Shown here: positions 1 to 8,910 of the stretch, in pieces
Numbering within the stretch: the stretch's first letter is position 1
Layout: the number at the start of each line of letters is the position of its first letter
Assembly: GCA_040389905.1 (NCBI GenBank)
Contig: JAZJZK010000015.1
Coordinates: 1 to 64,000, forward strand
Direction: 5' to 3'
DNA: 64,000 bases
Source of the DNA: Gemmatimonadota bacterium
GTDB taxonomy: Bacteria > Gemmatimonadota > Gemmatimonadetes > Gemmatimonadales > Gemmatimonadaceae
Made by a program: the position numbers and the translations under genes
Notes under the pieces: generated by a model
Told to the model about the DNA's origin: nothing
The model's database searches: none
The model's input: the letters and a program-made list of their open reading frames with translations, nothing else

Positions 1-54
1 GGTGGGGGAGTTTGACCCGGCCACGGGTGGAGGAGTTTGAGGTGGCCACCGGGG
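1..54. mobile_element. Terminal segment of an insertion sequence, probably IS21 family
   Basis: Two tandem copies of GGTGGRGGAGTTTGA (starting at 1 and 26) ending in GGTGGCCACCGGGG. Reiterated sub-terminal motifs of this kind are typical of IS21-family ends. The transposase lies outside the window. Confidence 0.55.
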
Positions 55-149
55 CACTAGTTGCGACGGGAACGAATCAGACTAACACGAAGCCATCTGT
101 ATATCGGCCGGCTAGTCCCCTTTCGATGAGATGATGGTGACTCAACGGG

Positions 150-178
150 TTGCTTTAGTATACCGTATGCGGTATGAT
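150..178 (+). promoter_or_regulatory. Sigma70-like promoter of the TAC operon with an overlapping palindromic operator
   Basis: TTGCTT (150-155), 17 bp spacer, TATGAT (173-178). The inverted repeat ATACCG-tatg-CGGTAT (160-175) overlaps the spacer and -10 box. Confidence 0.6.
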
Positions 179-212
179 ACGGAGATGCGAACCCCTTCAC
201 GAACCCATTCTC

Positions 213-647
213 ATGGCTGATCCGCATCAGCCATCGTGGCGTTTCCTCTGGTACATCACAGAGGCAGGCGCATCCGAGGTGTTCGATTATGTCGAGGAGC
301 TTCGAGATTCGGATTTTACGTCGTACAGCTTCTTTTTGGACAATCTTCACGACCCGCTGCTCAGCGATGGACCGTTCGCGTTGCCCAAGCCCTATTGGGA
401 GGATATCGGCGACGGGTTTTCGGAGATTTCATGGGGCCGCAACAGGATTTACTGCTGTATCGAACCGCCTCGTCGCGTTTTTGCGCTCGTCGCCGTCGAA
501 AAACGCTGGCAGGCGTTCGCGAGCAAGCGAGGTAAATACGTCAGACTGTGCGAACAACGCCGCGCTGACATTCGGAGCGGTGCGTACGATGAGAAAAAAC
601 GTAATGAGGCCTTTCACGCGCATCGCGCACGACGGGGGAAGACATGA
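213..647 (+). CDS. RelE/HigB (Gp49-like) type II toxin
   Basis: WRFLWYITEAGASEVFDYVEEL...GPFALPKPYWEDIGDGFSEI..RNRIY..VFALVAVEK follows the RelE/Gp49 pattern. ATG 213 is preferred because ATG 174 lies in the -10 box. ATGA overlap with the downstream HTH gene. Confidence 0.7.
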   Translation: MADPHQPSWRFLWYITEAGASEVFDYVEELRDSDFTSYSFFLDNLHDPLLSDGPFALPKPYWEDIGDGFSEISWGRNRIYCCIEPPRRVFALVAVEKRWQAFASKRGKYVRLCEQRRADIRSGAYDEKKRNEAFHAHRARRGKT

Positions 648-1075
648 CCGCGCCTAGCCTTGGGTATCGGAAGGAGGACCGTAGTCGATACGAACGTCTC
701 CTGTCCTTCATCAATGTGTCGAAGCGGATTCTTGCGAAGCGTTTGGAGCTTGGCCTGTCCCAGGACGCACTTGGTCGCGCAGTGGGCTCCAAACAGTCGA
801 AGATCTCCGAAATCGAGCAGATGAAAGGGAATCCGCGATTTGACACGCTTGACCGCATTGCTCGGGAGCTAGGTCTTGTGATTGACCTTGTGCCAATCGA
901 GCAAAGCTTGAAGGGTGGGCCATTCGAGCGTGCAGGCTTTACGGCTCCGACAACGCAGAGGCTGACCACGATAATGATCCACACCTGCGTTGCCTCTGGT
1001 ACGCGCATCGGGACTGGCCTCGGCTACGTCTCCGCTCAACCACTGACCCTCTCGCCCTCGCGAGTAGCGACATGA
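644..1075 (+). CDS. XRE/Cro-family HTH antitoxin (HigA-like) with a C-terminal extension
   Basis: KRLELGLSQDALGRAVGSKQSKISEIEQMKGNPRFDTLDRIARELG is an HTH_3 motif, followed by a ~55 aa tail. Coupled to both neighbours by ATGA overlaps. Confidence 0.8.
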   Translation: MTAPSLGYRKEDRSRYERLLSFINVSKRILAKRLELGLSQDALGRAVGSKQSKISEIEQMKGNPRFDTLDRIARELGLVIDLVPIEQSLKGGPFERAGFTAPTTQRLTTIMIHTCVASGTRIGTGLGYVSAQPLTLSPSRVAT

Positions 1076-1533
1076 AGGACGAAACAAAGCCGCCCGGTAT
1101 CAGGATTTCGCAGATTTTTACCGTCCGCAGCTTCTTCGAGCACAACGGTATCGCGGCGGAGATGTCGCCCTTAACGCCAGTTGGCGAAATCGTCACCTCC
1201 ATTAAGATCTCGATCGGCGTAGAAGACAGTAAACTAGCAGGCTTTGTCTCCGTCTCTGTCGAGACCAGTCCTGAGAGTACTGGGCTGTACCGTTTTCATG
1301 TCGAAATCATGGGCGTTATGGAGGCGGACGCCGATTCAAATATGTCTCTGGAAGAGTATTTGCGGGGGGCCGGACCACCAACGCTCTTTCCGTTCGCCCG
1401 CGAAGCGGTTGCGGCACTGACTGGGAAAGGCAGGTTTGGGCCGGTATGGCTCCCTCCGTTCAACTTTGCAGCAGTCGCGGCGCAGCTGACAGAGAAGCAG
1501 TTGATGGAAAAAGGAAAAGACGCAATCGAATAG
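1072..1533 (+). CDS. SecB-like chaperone (TAC chaperone)
   Basis: C-terminal TLFPFAREAVAALTGKGRFGPVWLPPFNF matches the SecB signature (LFPYARE...PxxLxPxNF); 153 aa. Confidence 0.8.
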   Translation: MKDETKPPGIRISQIFTVRSFFEHNGIAAEMSPLTPVGEIVTSIKISIGVEDSKLAGFVSVSVETSPESTGLYRFHVEIMGVMEADADSNMSLEEYLRGAGPPTLFPFAREAVAALTGKGRFGPVWLPPFNFAAVAAQLTEKQLMEKGKDAIE

Positions 1534-1664
1534 TCAGAACCGCAACGTGAAACCCGGGAGCCGCACGCCCACAGCAATGTGGCGGCGGCTCGCCTGTTTC
1601 TATCCATGCAGCACGGACCATCCACTGAGATCGACGTCGACGTCCCCTGGGCAACGATCCAAAT

Positions 1665-1722
1665 CGCCCCCCTGACACTCTGTCGGCTGTTGAGCACCTG
1701 ACACATCTGATGCGCGGCGCAC
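1665..1722. repeat. Solo copy of the repeat arm also found at 35579-35806
   Basis: CCCCCTGAC..TCTG..GGCTG..TGAGCACCTGACACATCTGATG..CGGCGCAC aligns with both arms of the 35.6-35.8 kb inverted repeat. Confidence 0.65.
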
Positions 1723-1730
1723 AGAGGCGA

Positions 1731-3101
1731 CTATGACTGCGCCCGAGCCCCAGCCGAGGCCCGTTGCCAGTACATGAACACGGGTACGCCCGCGATAAGC
1801 AGTAGCACTCCGCGCGCCGCGTTCCCCGGATTCGACGCGACGGACCCGAACACCACGTACCCGGCCGCGAGCACGAACAGCCACACGCTCACCGGATAGA
1901 ACGGCGCACGATACCCGGAGTCTGTCACACCCGCCGCGACATCTCGACGACGAAAAACGATCAGCGTGAGCGCCGTGGCCCCAAAGAAGATCCAGTCTCC
2001 GAACACCACCCAATCAAGGAGCTGACCGTAGCTGCCTGTAAGCACCAGCGCGGTCGCGACCCCGGCCTGCATCGCGAGCGCGCGCACGGGGGTCCGAAAT
2101 TTCGGGTGTAGCGCCGCCAGGCTTGAAAAGAACAGACCGTCTCGCGCCATGGCTTGGTAAACGCGCGGCGATACCAAAATGACCAGATCGAGAAAGCCAA
2201 ACGTCGACGCGGCGATTCCGGCAGCAATGAGTCGACGTCCGCCTTCACCGGCAACCATGCCCATCATGTCCGCCGCGGGCGCGCTGCTTGCTGCCAGGCC
2301 CGCGATCCCCAGCGCTCGCAGGTACGCGACGTTGGCGCCGAGGTAGACCGCGACGACGATGATGACACCGAGTACCAAGGCGCGCGGCAACGTACGCTCC
2401 GCGTCCTTCAGTTCCTCGGCGACGAAGTTGGTTTGTTGCCAACCGCCATACGAAAACAGGACGGGGACGAGCGCTGTGCTTACTGCGAGAAAAATCGCCT
2501 GGAGCGTGTCCGGGTGCGGGAGCGGCACGGAGGCGATTGGGGGAGGCAGGGTGGGCGGGCCGCCAACAGCCGGTAGCAGTACTCCAGCCGCGAGCAGCGC
2601 TGCCAACGCCGCGAGCTTGAGCACGGTGAAGATGTTTTGCGTCGTCGCACCGGGCTGCACGCCGACGACGTTGACGAAAGAGAGCGCCAGGACAGCGCCG
2701 ACGGCGAGTGGGACAATCGTCTCCGGCGGCATGCCGACGAGCCGAGTCGTGTAGGTCGCGAAGGTTACAGCGACCGCGGCAATCGCTCCCGATGCGATCG
2801 CGAGGAGTAGGGCCCACCCATAGAGAAATGCGGGCAGTGGCCCGAACGCGTCGCGTAGATAGGCGTACCCGCCGCCCGCTTGCGGACGTCGCCGCCCGAG
2901 TTCCGCAAAAATGAAGGCGCCGAGGAGTGCGATGACGGCTCCCAGACCCCACGTGGCGATGGTGAGCATCGCAGACCCCGTCCGCGCCGCAACAATGGAC
3001 GGGTTGAGAAATATTCCCGAGCCGATGATGCCGCCGACAACGAGCATCGTGGCGGAGAAGAGCCCAAGGGTTCGCGCGTAGGTAGGGGTTGGGTCGGTCA
3101 T
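1731..3101 (-). CDS. APC family amino acid permease
   Basis: GGIIGSGIF, FAELG, GGGYAYL, FSYGGW motifs and many hydrophobic segments; start at MTDPTPT. Confidence 0.9.
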   Translation of the reverse strand: MTDPTPTYARTLGLFSATMLVVGGIIGSGIFLNPSIVAARTGSAMLTIATWGLGAVIALLGAFIFAELGRRRPQAGGGYAYLRDAFGPLPAFLYGWALLLAIASGAIAAVAVTFATYTTRLVGMPPETIVPLAVGAVLALSFVNVVGVQPGATTQNIFTVLKLAALAALLAAGVLLPAVGGPPTLPPPIASVPLPHPDTLQAIFLAVSTALVPVLFSYGGWQQTNFVAEELKDAERTLPRALVLGVIIVVAVYLGANVAYLRALGIAGLAASSAPAADMMGMVAGEGGRRLIAAGIAASTFGFLDLVILVSPRVYQAMARDGLFFSSLAALHPKFRTPVRALAMQAGVATALVLTGSYGQLLDWVVFGDWIFFGATALTLIVFRRRDVAAGVTDSGYRAPFYPVSVWLFVLAAGYVVFGSVASNPGNAARGVLLLIAGVPVFMYWQRASAGARAQS

Positions 3102-3212
3102 CGGACAATACTGTGGGCGGCGCACTCTGCGTCGATAGCGTGCGCAGCATTTCCGGCTTGACATGTCAATACGAAAGATATATTTAGGCACCACTAAACA
3201 AAGGACCGGTTT

Positions 3213-3602
3213 TTGGTGGAACAGTCAATCGAACGGATGGTGGGGCTCGCCTTCCTCGCCGTTGGGCTCTCGCACCTGCTGAGGCCAAAAGGGTGGTATC
3301 AATTCTTCGCCATGCTGCGCCGGCAGGGCGCGCCGGGTGCCTTCATCAACGGGATGATCAGCCTCTCGTTCGGCGTCATCATCGTAGGGTTTCACGGCAC
3401 GCAGTGGACCGGTTGGCAGGCTGGCGTGACGTTTGTCGGGTGGGCGCAGGTGTTCAAGGGCACCCTGCACATCTGCTTTCCGTCGTACTCACTTCGGATG
3501 ATGGGCATCGTCACGGAGGAACGGGCGGTTCGCTTTGCATGGGCCGGCGCCTTGATGATTCCAGCGGCGGGCGCGATTCTCGTGGCGTCGTTCCGTCCGT
3601 AG
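3213..3602 (+). CDS. Hypothetical membrane protein (about 4 TM)
   Basis: 129 aa hydrophobic ORF with an AAGGA RBS; upstream TTGACA box. Confidence 0.65.
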   Translation: MVEQSIERMVGLAFLAVGLSHLLRPKGWYQFFAMLRRQGAPGAFINGMISLSFGVIIVGFHGTQWTGWQAGVTFVGWAQVFKGTLHICFPSYSLRMMGIVTEERAVRFAWAGALMIPAAGAILVASFRP

Positions 3603-3620
3603 GATCGAACATCGCAACTC

Positions 3621-3683
3621 AGGTGCAGGCCCTTCGCCTGACTGCCCTCGAGGAGCGCAAGCGACGAAGGGCTCAGGGCGACA
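3621..3683 (+). repeat. REP-like palindromic element, family A
   Basis: AGGTGCAGGCCCTTCG...CGAAGGGCTCAGGGCGACA; close copy at 35672-35734. Confidence 0.75.
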
Positions 3684-3702
3684 ATACAAGCCATAGGATC
3701 GC

Positions 3703-4479
3703 GTGATTGTCTACTTCGTTCTCACGTTCGCGGTCACCTGGGGCCTCTGGTTTGCTGCAGGCGTCTCGTCACCCGCAGGCCCGCACGGTCCGCTCGTGTT
3801 GATGGGTGTGTTTACGCCGGCGGTCATCGCGCTATCGCTGACCGCGGTTGAGGAGGGCCGCGCTGGCGTGATTGCGCTGCTGCGCAGATTGATCGACTGG
3901 GAGCATCCGGTGCGCTGGTATGTGTTCGCCATGACGTACGTGGCCGCGATCAAGATTACAGCCGCCGTCGCACACCGCGTCATCCTTGGGGTATGGCCGG
4001 CGTTCGGCACGGAATCGATACTCCTCATGATCGCTGCAACGCTGGCTTCGACGTTCAGCGGGGGCCAGGCGGGAGAGGAGGTTGGCTGGCGCGGCTATGC
4101 GCTCCCTCGACTCGCGACGCGATTCGGATTGCCGTGGGCCAGTGTGGTGCTTGGCGTCGTGTGGGCGTCCTGGCATCTCCCGCTATTCTTCGCGCACGGC
4201 GTCGACAAGATGGGACAGTCCTTTCCACTTTACCTGCTGCAGGTGACAGCACTCTCAGTCGCGCTCGCGTGGCTGTGGTCGCACACGCGCGGAAGCCTCT
4301 TGCCTGTGATGCTCATGCACGCCGCGGGAAACAACACGAAGGACATCGTTCCCTCGGTCACGGTCGGGGCGACGAATCCGTGGGCGTTCAGCGGTGCGCC
4401 CGTCGCGTGGCTCTCGGTTGCCCTCCTTTGGATTTGCGCGGGATACTTCCTCGTGCGAATGCGCCCCAAGGCACGGTGA
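3703..4479 (+). CDS. CPBP family intramembrane glutamic endopeptidase (CAAX/Abi)
   Basis: GEEVGWRGY, WASWH and LMHAAGN motifs. Confidence 0.9.
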   Translation: MIVYFVLTFAVTWGLWFAAGVSSPAGPHGPLVLMGVFTPAVIALSLTAVEEGRAGVIALLRRLIDWEHPVRWYVFAMTYVAAIKITAAVAHRVILGVWPAFGTESILLMIAATLASTFSGGQAGEEVGWRGYALPRLATRFGLPWASVVLGVVWASWHLPLFFAHGVDKMGQSFPLYLLQVTALSVALAWLWSHTRGSLLPVMLMHAAGNNTKDIVPSVTVGATNPWAFSGAPVAWLSVALLWICAGYFLVRMRPKAR

Positions 4480-4546
4480 AGTGGAGGGATAGTTCGAGAA
4501 CGGTATTTCTGTCGTCGCTTCCGGAGCAAACGGCGCGAGCGCGACC

Positions 4547-4591
4547 TTGACATGCAGTCCGTGGTTACGTAACTATTAAAAAACTAATAGT
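4547..4591 (+). promoter_or_regulatory. Putative promoter/operator of the TlpA-DsbD operon
   Basis: TTGACA at 4547, palindrome GTTACGTAAC at 4564-4573, and inverted repeat ACTATTA-N6-TAATAGT at 4572-4591 in an AT-rich patch. Confidence 0.5.
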
Positions 4592-4633
4592 AAATCGAGT
4601 GTCATCCATGCGGCCCTGCCGCGGAGGCAATGC

Positions 4634-6904
4634 ATGAGGAAAGCGCTGCTGCACGGTGTAGCCATCCTTGCTCTCGCGACTGCTGCGTCGTCACTGGCGG
4701 ACGCCCAGAAAGCCGCGAGCGTTCCGGTCACGAACCCGCTTCCGGCCGCCTCGAACATCAAGACCGCGACCGAAGCGTCCGCACTACTGCGCCGCCTGTT
4801 CTACCTCGGAGAGCAATATGACGGTGTTGCGCTCGGCGACACCCTTACGCGCCGCTTCCCGCGCGATGCCAGGTTGCGCGCGTGGTACATCGCCAACCTC
4901 GGAACCGCGTCTCGGCTCGCCGTCGCCGAATCGATCGCGGCGCGAATCGATACGACGTCGCGCGACCCGTGGAACGTCGCCGCTCGCGCTTTCGCCAAGC
5001 GGTATGCCCTCGGCTCGTCGAAGGCGGCGGTCGGTGACGTCCTGCGTCTTGCGCAGCGTGCCCGCTCATTGGCTCCGAAGGATCCCGACATCGCGGCGCT
5101 CGTGACGTCAGTGTTGAATCCAGGGACTTTTGGCGGCGGCAGCCCCGCCGCCGTCGTCGCATTCGTCGACTCGGTTGCGCCGCGTCTCGGAAACCCGCCG
5201 GCGCTTCGCGTCGCGCGGGCACAGGCACTCATGGAGATGTCTTCCCCGAGGACACCGAACGCGCCCCCCGACACCGCCAAACGAAACGCCGCTAACCGCG
5301 AATATGCCGCAATTCGCGCAGACGATCCGTCCAACTTCGCTGCGCGGTTGAGTGGAGGAATTCAGCTCCGGCAAGTCGATGAGGCAGGCGCCTTCGCGCT
5401 TCTGAAGGAGGCCGTCGAAATTGCCCCGCGCGCGCCGAATCCCCGGATGTGGGTGTGGGTCATGATTCAGGGACAGCGCGGTGTGTCAGCCGAGGAAAAG
5501 AAGACGGCCATCCTCGCGAATCGAACGGATTTTCTCGCCAGGACCGACAGCGCGCCGTGGGCGATGGATGCGATGCTCGGACAGATGCGCGGTCCCAGTC
5601 CAGACGCAGACGTTCCGCTGCTCGAGGAACGCATTCTCGCCAAGGCCCCGCGCTCCCCGTGGGCGGAGAACATCCTGTTGGCACGGGCGAATCAATGGCG
5701 CGATTCACTGTTCATCGCGCGCGACAGCACTCGGCCGGGCCCGAAATCCGACACGACGACGGTACGCGCTCGCTATATCGCCGCCATCGAAGCGTTCATC
5801 GACAAACCGTGGGTTGCCAATCCGACGGTGCGTGATCAAGCCGTGACGAGCCTCTTTTATGAGGTACGGGCGGATTCCACCTATCCGACAAACAAGCTCA
5901 TCGCGCTGGTGAAGCGGGTCGTCGCGATCAAGGGCCCGGTCCATCCCTCGACGAGATACGGGCAAACGGCGCGCGCGCTTGCCACACGGAAGGTCGAGTT
6001 CCGCTACGCAGAACAACTCGCGCGAGAGGGTGCAGGAAAAGTCGCGCATTATGTGGGCGATCTACCGAACTATTCGTTTTCGTCCGTTGGAGAACAGGCC
6101 GACGTCGTGGACGCCGGTCAGGCGTCGGTCTACGACGACCTGGGTTTTTCGCTCTTCAACGAGGGTCGGTACGATGATGCTGACAAAGCCCTGACGCACG
6201 CCCTGGACCTGACGAAAAAGAACGTCAACATCTATTACGATCTCGGTCGGCTCCGCGCCGCGCAAGGCAGGGACGAAGACGCGGAACTCACATACGCGCA
6301 GGGGATGACCGTGCGCTCGTACGGAGTCGCCAATCCCAACAAGAAGGAACTAGAGCGACTGTACCAAAAGAAGCACGGATCGCTCGATGGCTGGGACACG
6401 TATGTCAGCGCGCTCGAGGACAAAGAACGTGCGACACGGAAAGAGCGCATCCTGAGTAAGCGCCTCGTCCCGCCTCCGGTGGTGCCCGCGTTCAAACTTC
6501 CGGATCTCGACGGCACGACGGTCGACAGCGACAAGCTACGGAGCCAGGTGATTGTCGTGAACTTCTGGGGCATGTGGTGCGGTCCCTGTGTCGCCGAGAT
6601 GCCAGAGCTTCAGCAGTTCTACGACAAGTACAAGAACGACAAGTCGGTAACGATCCTCACTGTTTCCAACGACAAGGATCTCAAGGAGTTGAAGGAATGG
6701 ATGGCCAAGCGAAAGCTCACCATCCCAACGCTGTTCGATGACGGCTATGTCACGAAGTCCGCACAGATCAACAGCTTTCCGACCACCTGGTTCATCGACC
6801 GGGAGGGCAAGACGCAGTTCTCCGTGACGGGGAACACGGGTGCATTAGTCGAAGAGTGGACATGGCGCATCGAGGCGACGAAGGCTCCGCAAGTGGTGCC
6901 GTAG
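4634..6904 (+). CDS. Exported TPR-repeat protein with a C-terminal TlpA/ResA-like thioredoxin domain
   Basis: Signal peptide, TPR-like helices (YDDLGFSLFNEGRYDDA..YYDLG), VVNFWGMWCGPCVAEMP and FPTTWFIDREG. Confidence 0.85.
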   Translation: MRKALLHGVAILALATAASSLADAQKAASVPVTNPLPAASNIKTATEASALLRRLFYLGEQYDGVALGDTLTRRFPRDARLRAWYIANLGTASRLAVAESIAARIDTTSRDPWNVAARAFAKRYALGSSKAAVGDVLRLAQRARSLAPKDPDIAALVTSVLNPGTFGGGSPAAVVAFVDSVAPRLGNPPALRVARAQALMEMSSPRTPNAPPDTAKRNAANREYAAIRADDPSNFAARLSGGIQLRQVDEAGAFALLKEAVEIAPRAPNPRMWVWVMIQGQRGVSAEEKKTAILANRTDFLARTDSAPWAMDAMLGQMRGPSPDADVPLLEERILAKAPRSPWAENILLARANQWRDSLFIARDSTRPGPKSDTTTVRARYIAAIEAFIDKPWVANPTVRDQAVTSLFYEVRADSTYPTNKLIALVKRVVAIKGPVHPSTRYGQTARALATRKVEFRYAEQLAREGAGKVAHYVGDLPNYSFSSVGEQADVVDAGQASVYDDLGFSLFNEGRYDDADKALTHALDLTKKNVNIYYDLGRLRAAQGRDEDAELTYAQGMTVRSYGVANPNKKELERLYQKKHGSLDGWDTYVSALEDKERATRKERILSKRLVPPPVVPAFKLPDLDGTTVDSDKLRSQVIVVNFWGMWCGPCVAEMPELQQFYDKYKNDKSVTILTVSNDKDLKELKEWMAKRKLTIPTLFDDGYVTKSAQINSFPTTWFIDREGKTQFSVTGNTGALVEEWTWRIEATKAPQVVP

Positions 6905-6954
6905 CGTTCGACATCGTTTCTTAATCTTTTCGTAACTGGTGTCCGCTGAGCACC

Positions 6955-8886
6955 GTGCGCACTCTATCGATCATGCTCCTGCGCGCGGCTGGACATCGAA
7001 CACTCCTGGTGCTGGGCGTTCTGGCGACGCCGGCAATGGGAGCGTATGGGCAGGTGTCGCGCGCGGTTCACTGGTCGGCGCGCGCAACCCCGACCGCGCT
7101 GCGACCGGGCGACACCACGCGCGTGGCGCTCCACGCCACCATCGCTGAATTCTTCCACCTCTATTCGACCACACAGGGGCCGGGCGGGCCGGTCAAGACG
7201 ACCGTCACCCTGCTGCCGAGCAAGGGTTGGGGGCAAGTCGGCACGCTCCGCGTGCCTCCTCCGGACACGATTCCGGACGGCAACTTCGGGATCATGAGCG
7301 AGGTGTACGACGACTCGCTGACCATCGGGCTCACGATCAAGGCCACCCTCGGCGCAGCGGGAGTCGCCGAGCCTGCGCGGATTGCGGTTCGTCACCAATC
7401 GTGCACCACGCGCTACTGCCTGCCGCCGAGGACGGACACGGTTGTCGTGCCCGTCAAGATTACCGGGTCGTCTCCGTCGATCATGCCTGGGGCCACGAAA
7501 TCGCCTCTCGCTGCGATCACCGACGCGCCGACGACCTTCGACGAGTCGACCACGGAAATCGAGGCGTACGGGCGCGCTGGTGGGATGGGTGCGTTTCTCC
7601 TCCTCGCCGCGTCGATGGGCGCGCTCGCGTTGCTGACGCCCTGCGTATTTCCAATGGTGCCGATTACGGTCACGTCATTTCTCGCGGTGGCGGGCGATCG
7701 CCGCCGAGGAATCAGGCAGGCAGGACTTTACGCACTCGGCATCATCGGCAGCTTCACTGTGCTCGGGGTACTGACGGCCGTCGTCTTCGGAGCGGCCGGT
7801 CTGGCGCGGTTCTCTGCGAGTCCCGTCGTGAATCTCCTGATAGCCCTTCTGTTCGCCACGTTCGCGCTCTCACTGTTCGGAGCCGTGCCATTGCGTCTGC
7901 CGTCGGGGTTGGTGAATCGAGCTGCGTCGCTCAAGCTCGGCGGCGACACAACGGCGGCGATGTTCATGGGCGTCGTATTCACGCTGACCGCGTTCACATG
8001 CACGGCTCCTTTCATCGGGACGCTGCTGGTGATGTCGGCCCAGGGCGCGTGGACAACGCCGCTCATCGGTATGCTGGTCTTCTCGACCGTGTTCGCTGCG
8101 CCGTTCTTCGGTCTCGCGCTCGTGCCGGGGCTACTGCGCCGGCAGCCTCGCGCGGGTGAGTGGATGCCCACACTGGAGATGATCGTCGGCGCGATCGAGC
8201 TGGCCGCGGCGATCAAGTTCGCATCGAATGCGGATCTCGTGCTCGGATGGGGCCTGCTCACACGCAGGACGGTGATCGGCGCGTGGATCGTCATCCTGAT
8301 CGCACTCGCCTTTGCGCTGCTCCGATGGTTCCCCTATCGAGCCGTCGAGCGGCGTGGGCGCCCTGGCCGACTGCGGTTGGCCACGGCGGGTGTCACGCTG
8401 GCCTTGCTCGCCGTGCTCGTACCGGGGCTTGTGGGGCGCCGGCTCGGTGAGCTCGATGCCTTCCTTCCGCCGATGCAGTCGGGCATCTACGATCCGGTTG
8501 CCTCAACCGCCGAACTGCCGTGGATGCACAACAACTATCGAGGCGCGCTGCTCGCGGCCAGTCGTGAACGTCGGCCGATCCTGATCGATTTCACAGGGTA
8601 CACGTGTACGAATTGCCGATGGATGGAAGCGAACATGTTCCCGCGCGCCGACGTGAAGCGGGCGCTCGAACGGTTCGTCCGTCTCCGGCTGTACACCGAT
8701 GGGTTAGGCGAGCCGTATGCATCGCAGCAGCTCCTCGAACAGCAGATGTTCAAGACGGTCGCGCTGCCGCTCTATGCGATTCTCGACCCCGACGGCAAGC
8801 CGCGCGCGACGTTTCTCGGGATGACGCGCGATGCGAGAGAGTTCACGCGGTTCCTGACCGAGGCGTCTGGTCAGGCCGCGCCGTGA
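6955..8886 (+). CDS. dsbD: DsbD-family thiol:disulfide interchange protein
   Basis: N-terminal Ig-like domain with QSCTTRYC, membrane core with LTPCVFPM and FTCTAP, C-terminal thioredoxin domain DFTGYTCTNC. Confidence 0.85.
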   Translation: MRTLSIMLLRAAGHRTLLVLGVLATPAMGAYGQVSRAVHWSARATPTALRPGDTTRVALHATIAEFFHLYSTTQGPGGPVKTTVTLLPSKGWGQVGTLRVPPPDTIPDGNFGIMSEVYDDSLTIGLTIKATLGAAGVAEPARIAVRHQSCTTRYCLPPRTDTVVVPVKITGSSPSIMPGATKSPLAAITDAPTTFDESTTEIEAYGRAGGMGAFLLLAASMGALALLTPCVFPMVPITVTSFLAVAGDRRRGIRQAGLYALGIIGSFTVLGVLTAVVFGAAGLARFSASPVVNLLIALLFATFALSLFGAVPLRLPSGLVNRAASLKLGGDTTAAMFMGVVFTLTAFTCTAPFIGTLLVMSAQGAWTTPLIGMLVFSTVFAAPFFGLALVPGLLRRQPRAGEWMPTLEMIVGAIELAAAIKFASNADLVLGWGLLTRRTVIGAWIVILIALAFALLRWFPYRAVERRGRPGRLRLATAGVTLALLAVLVPGLVGRRLGELDAFLPPMQSGIYDPVASTAELPWMHNNYRGALLAASRERRPILIDFTGYTCTNCRWMEANMFPRADVKRALERFVRLRLYTDGLGEPYASQQLLEQQMFKTVALPLYAILDPDGKPRATFLGMTRDAREFTRFLTEASGQAAP

Positions 8887-8910
8887 CCGGCAAAAGCTTT
8901 CACATTCCTT

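Noticed and set aside
57..657. Alternative ORFs 57..350 (-), 236..535 and 289..657
   Set aside because: They overlap the motif-bearing toxin gene and its promoter and show no recognisable motifs.
3703..4479. CPBP/Abi protein as an abortive-infection defence gene
   Set aside because: The Abi label is historical; the motifs indicate an ordinary intramembrane protease and nothing links it to the TAC module.
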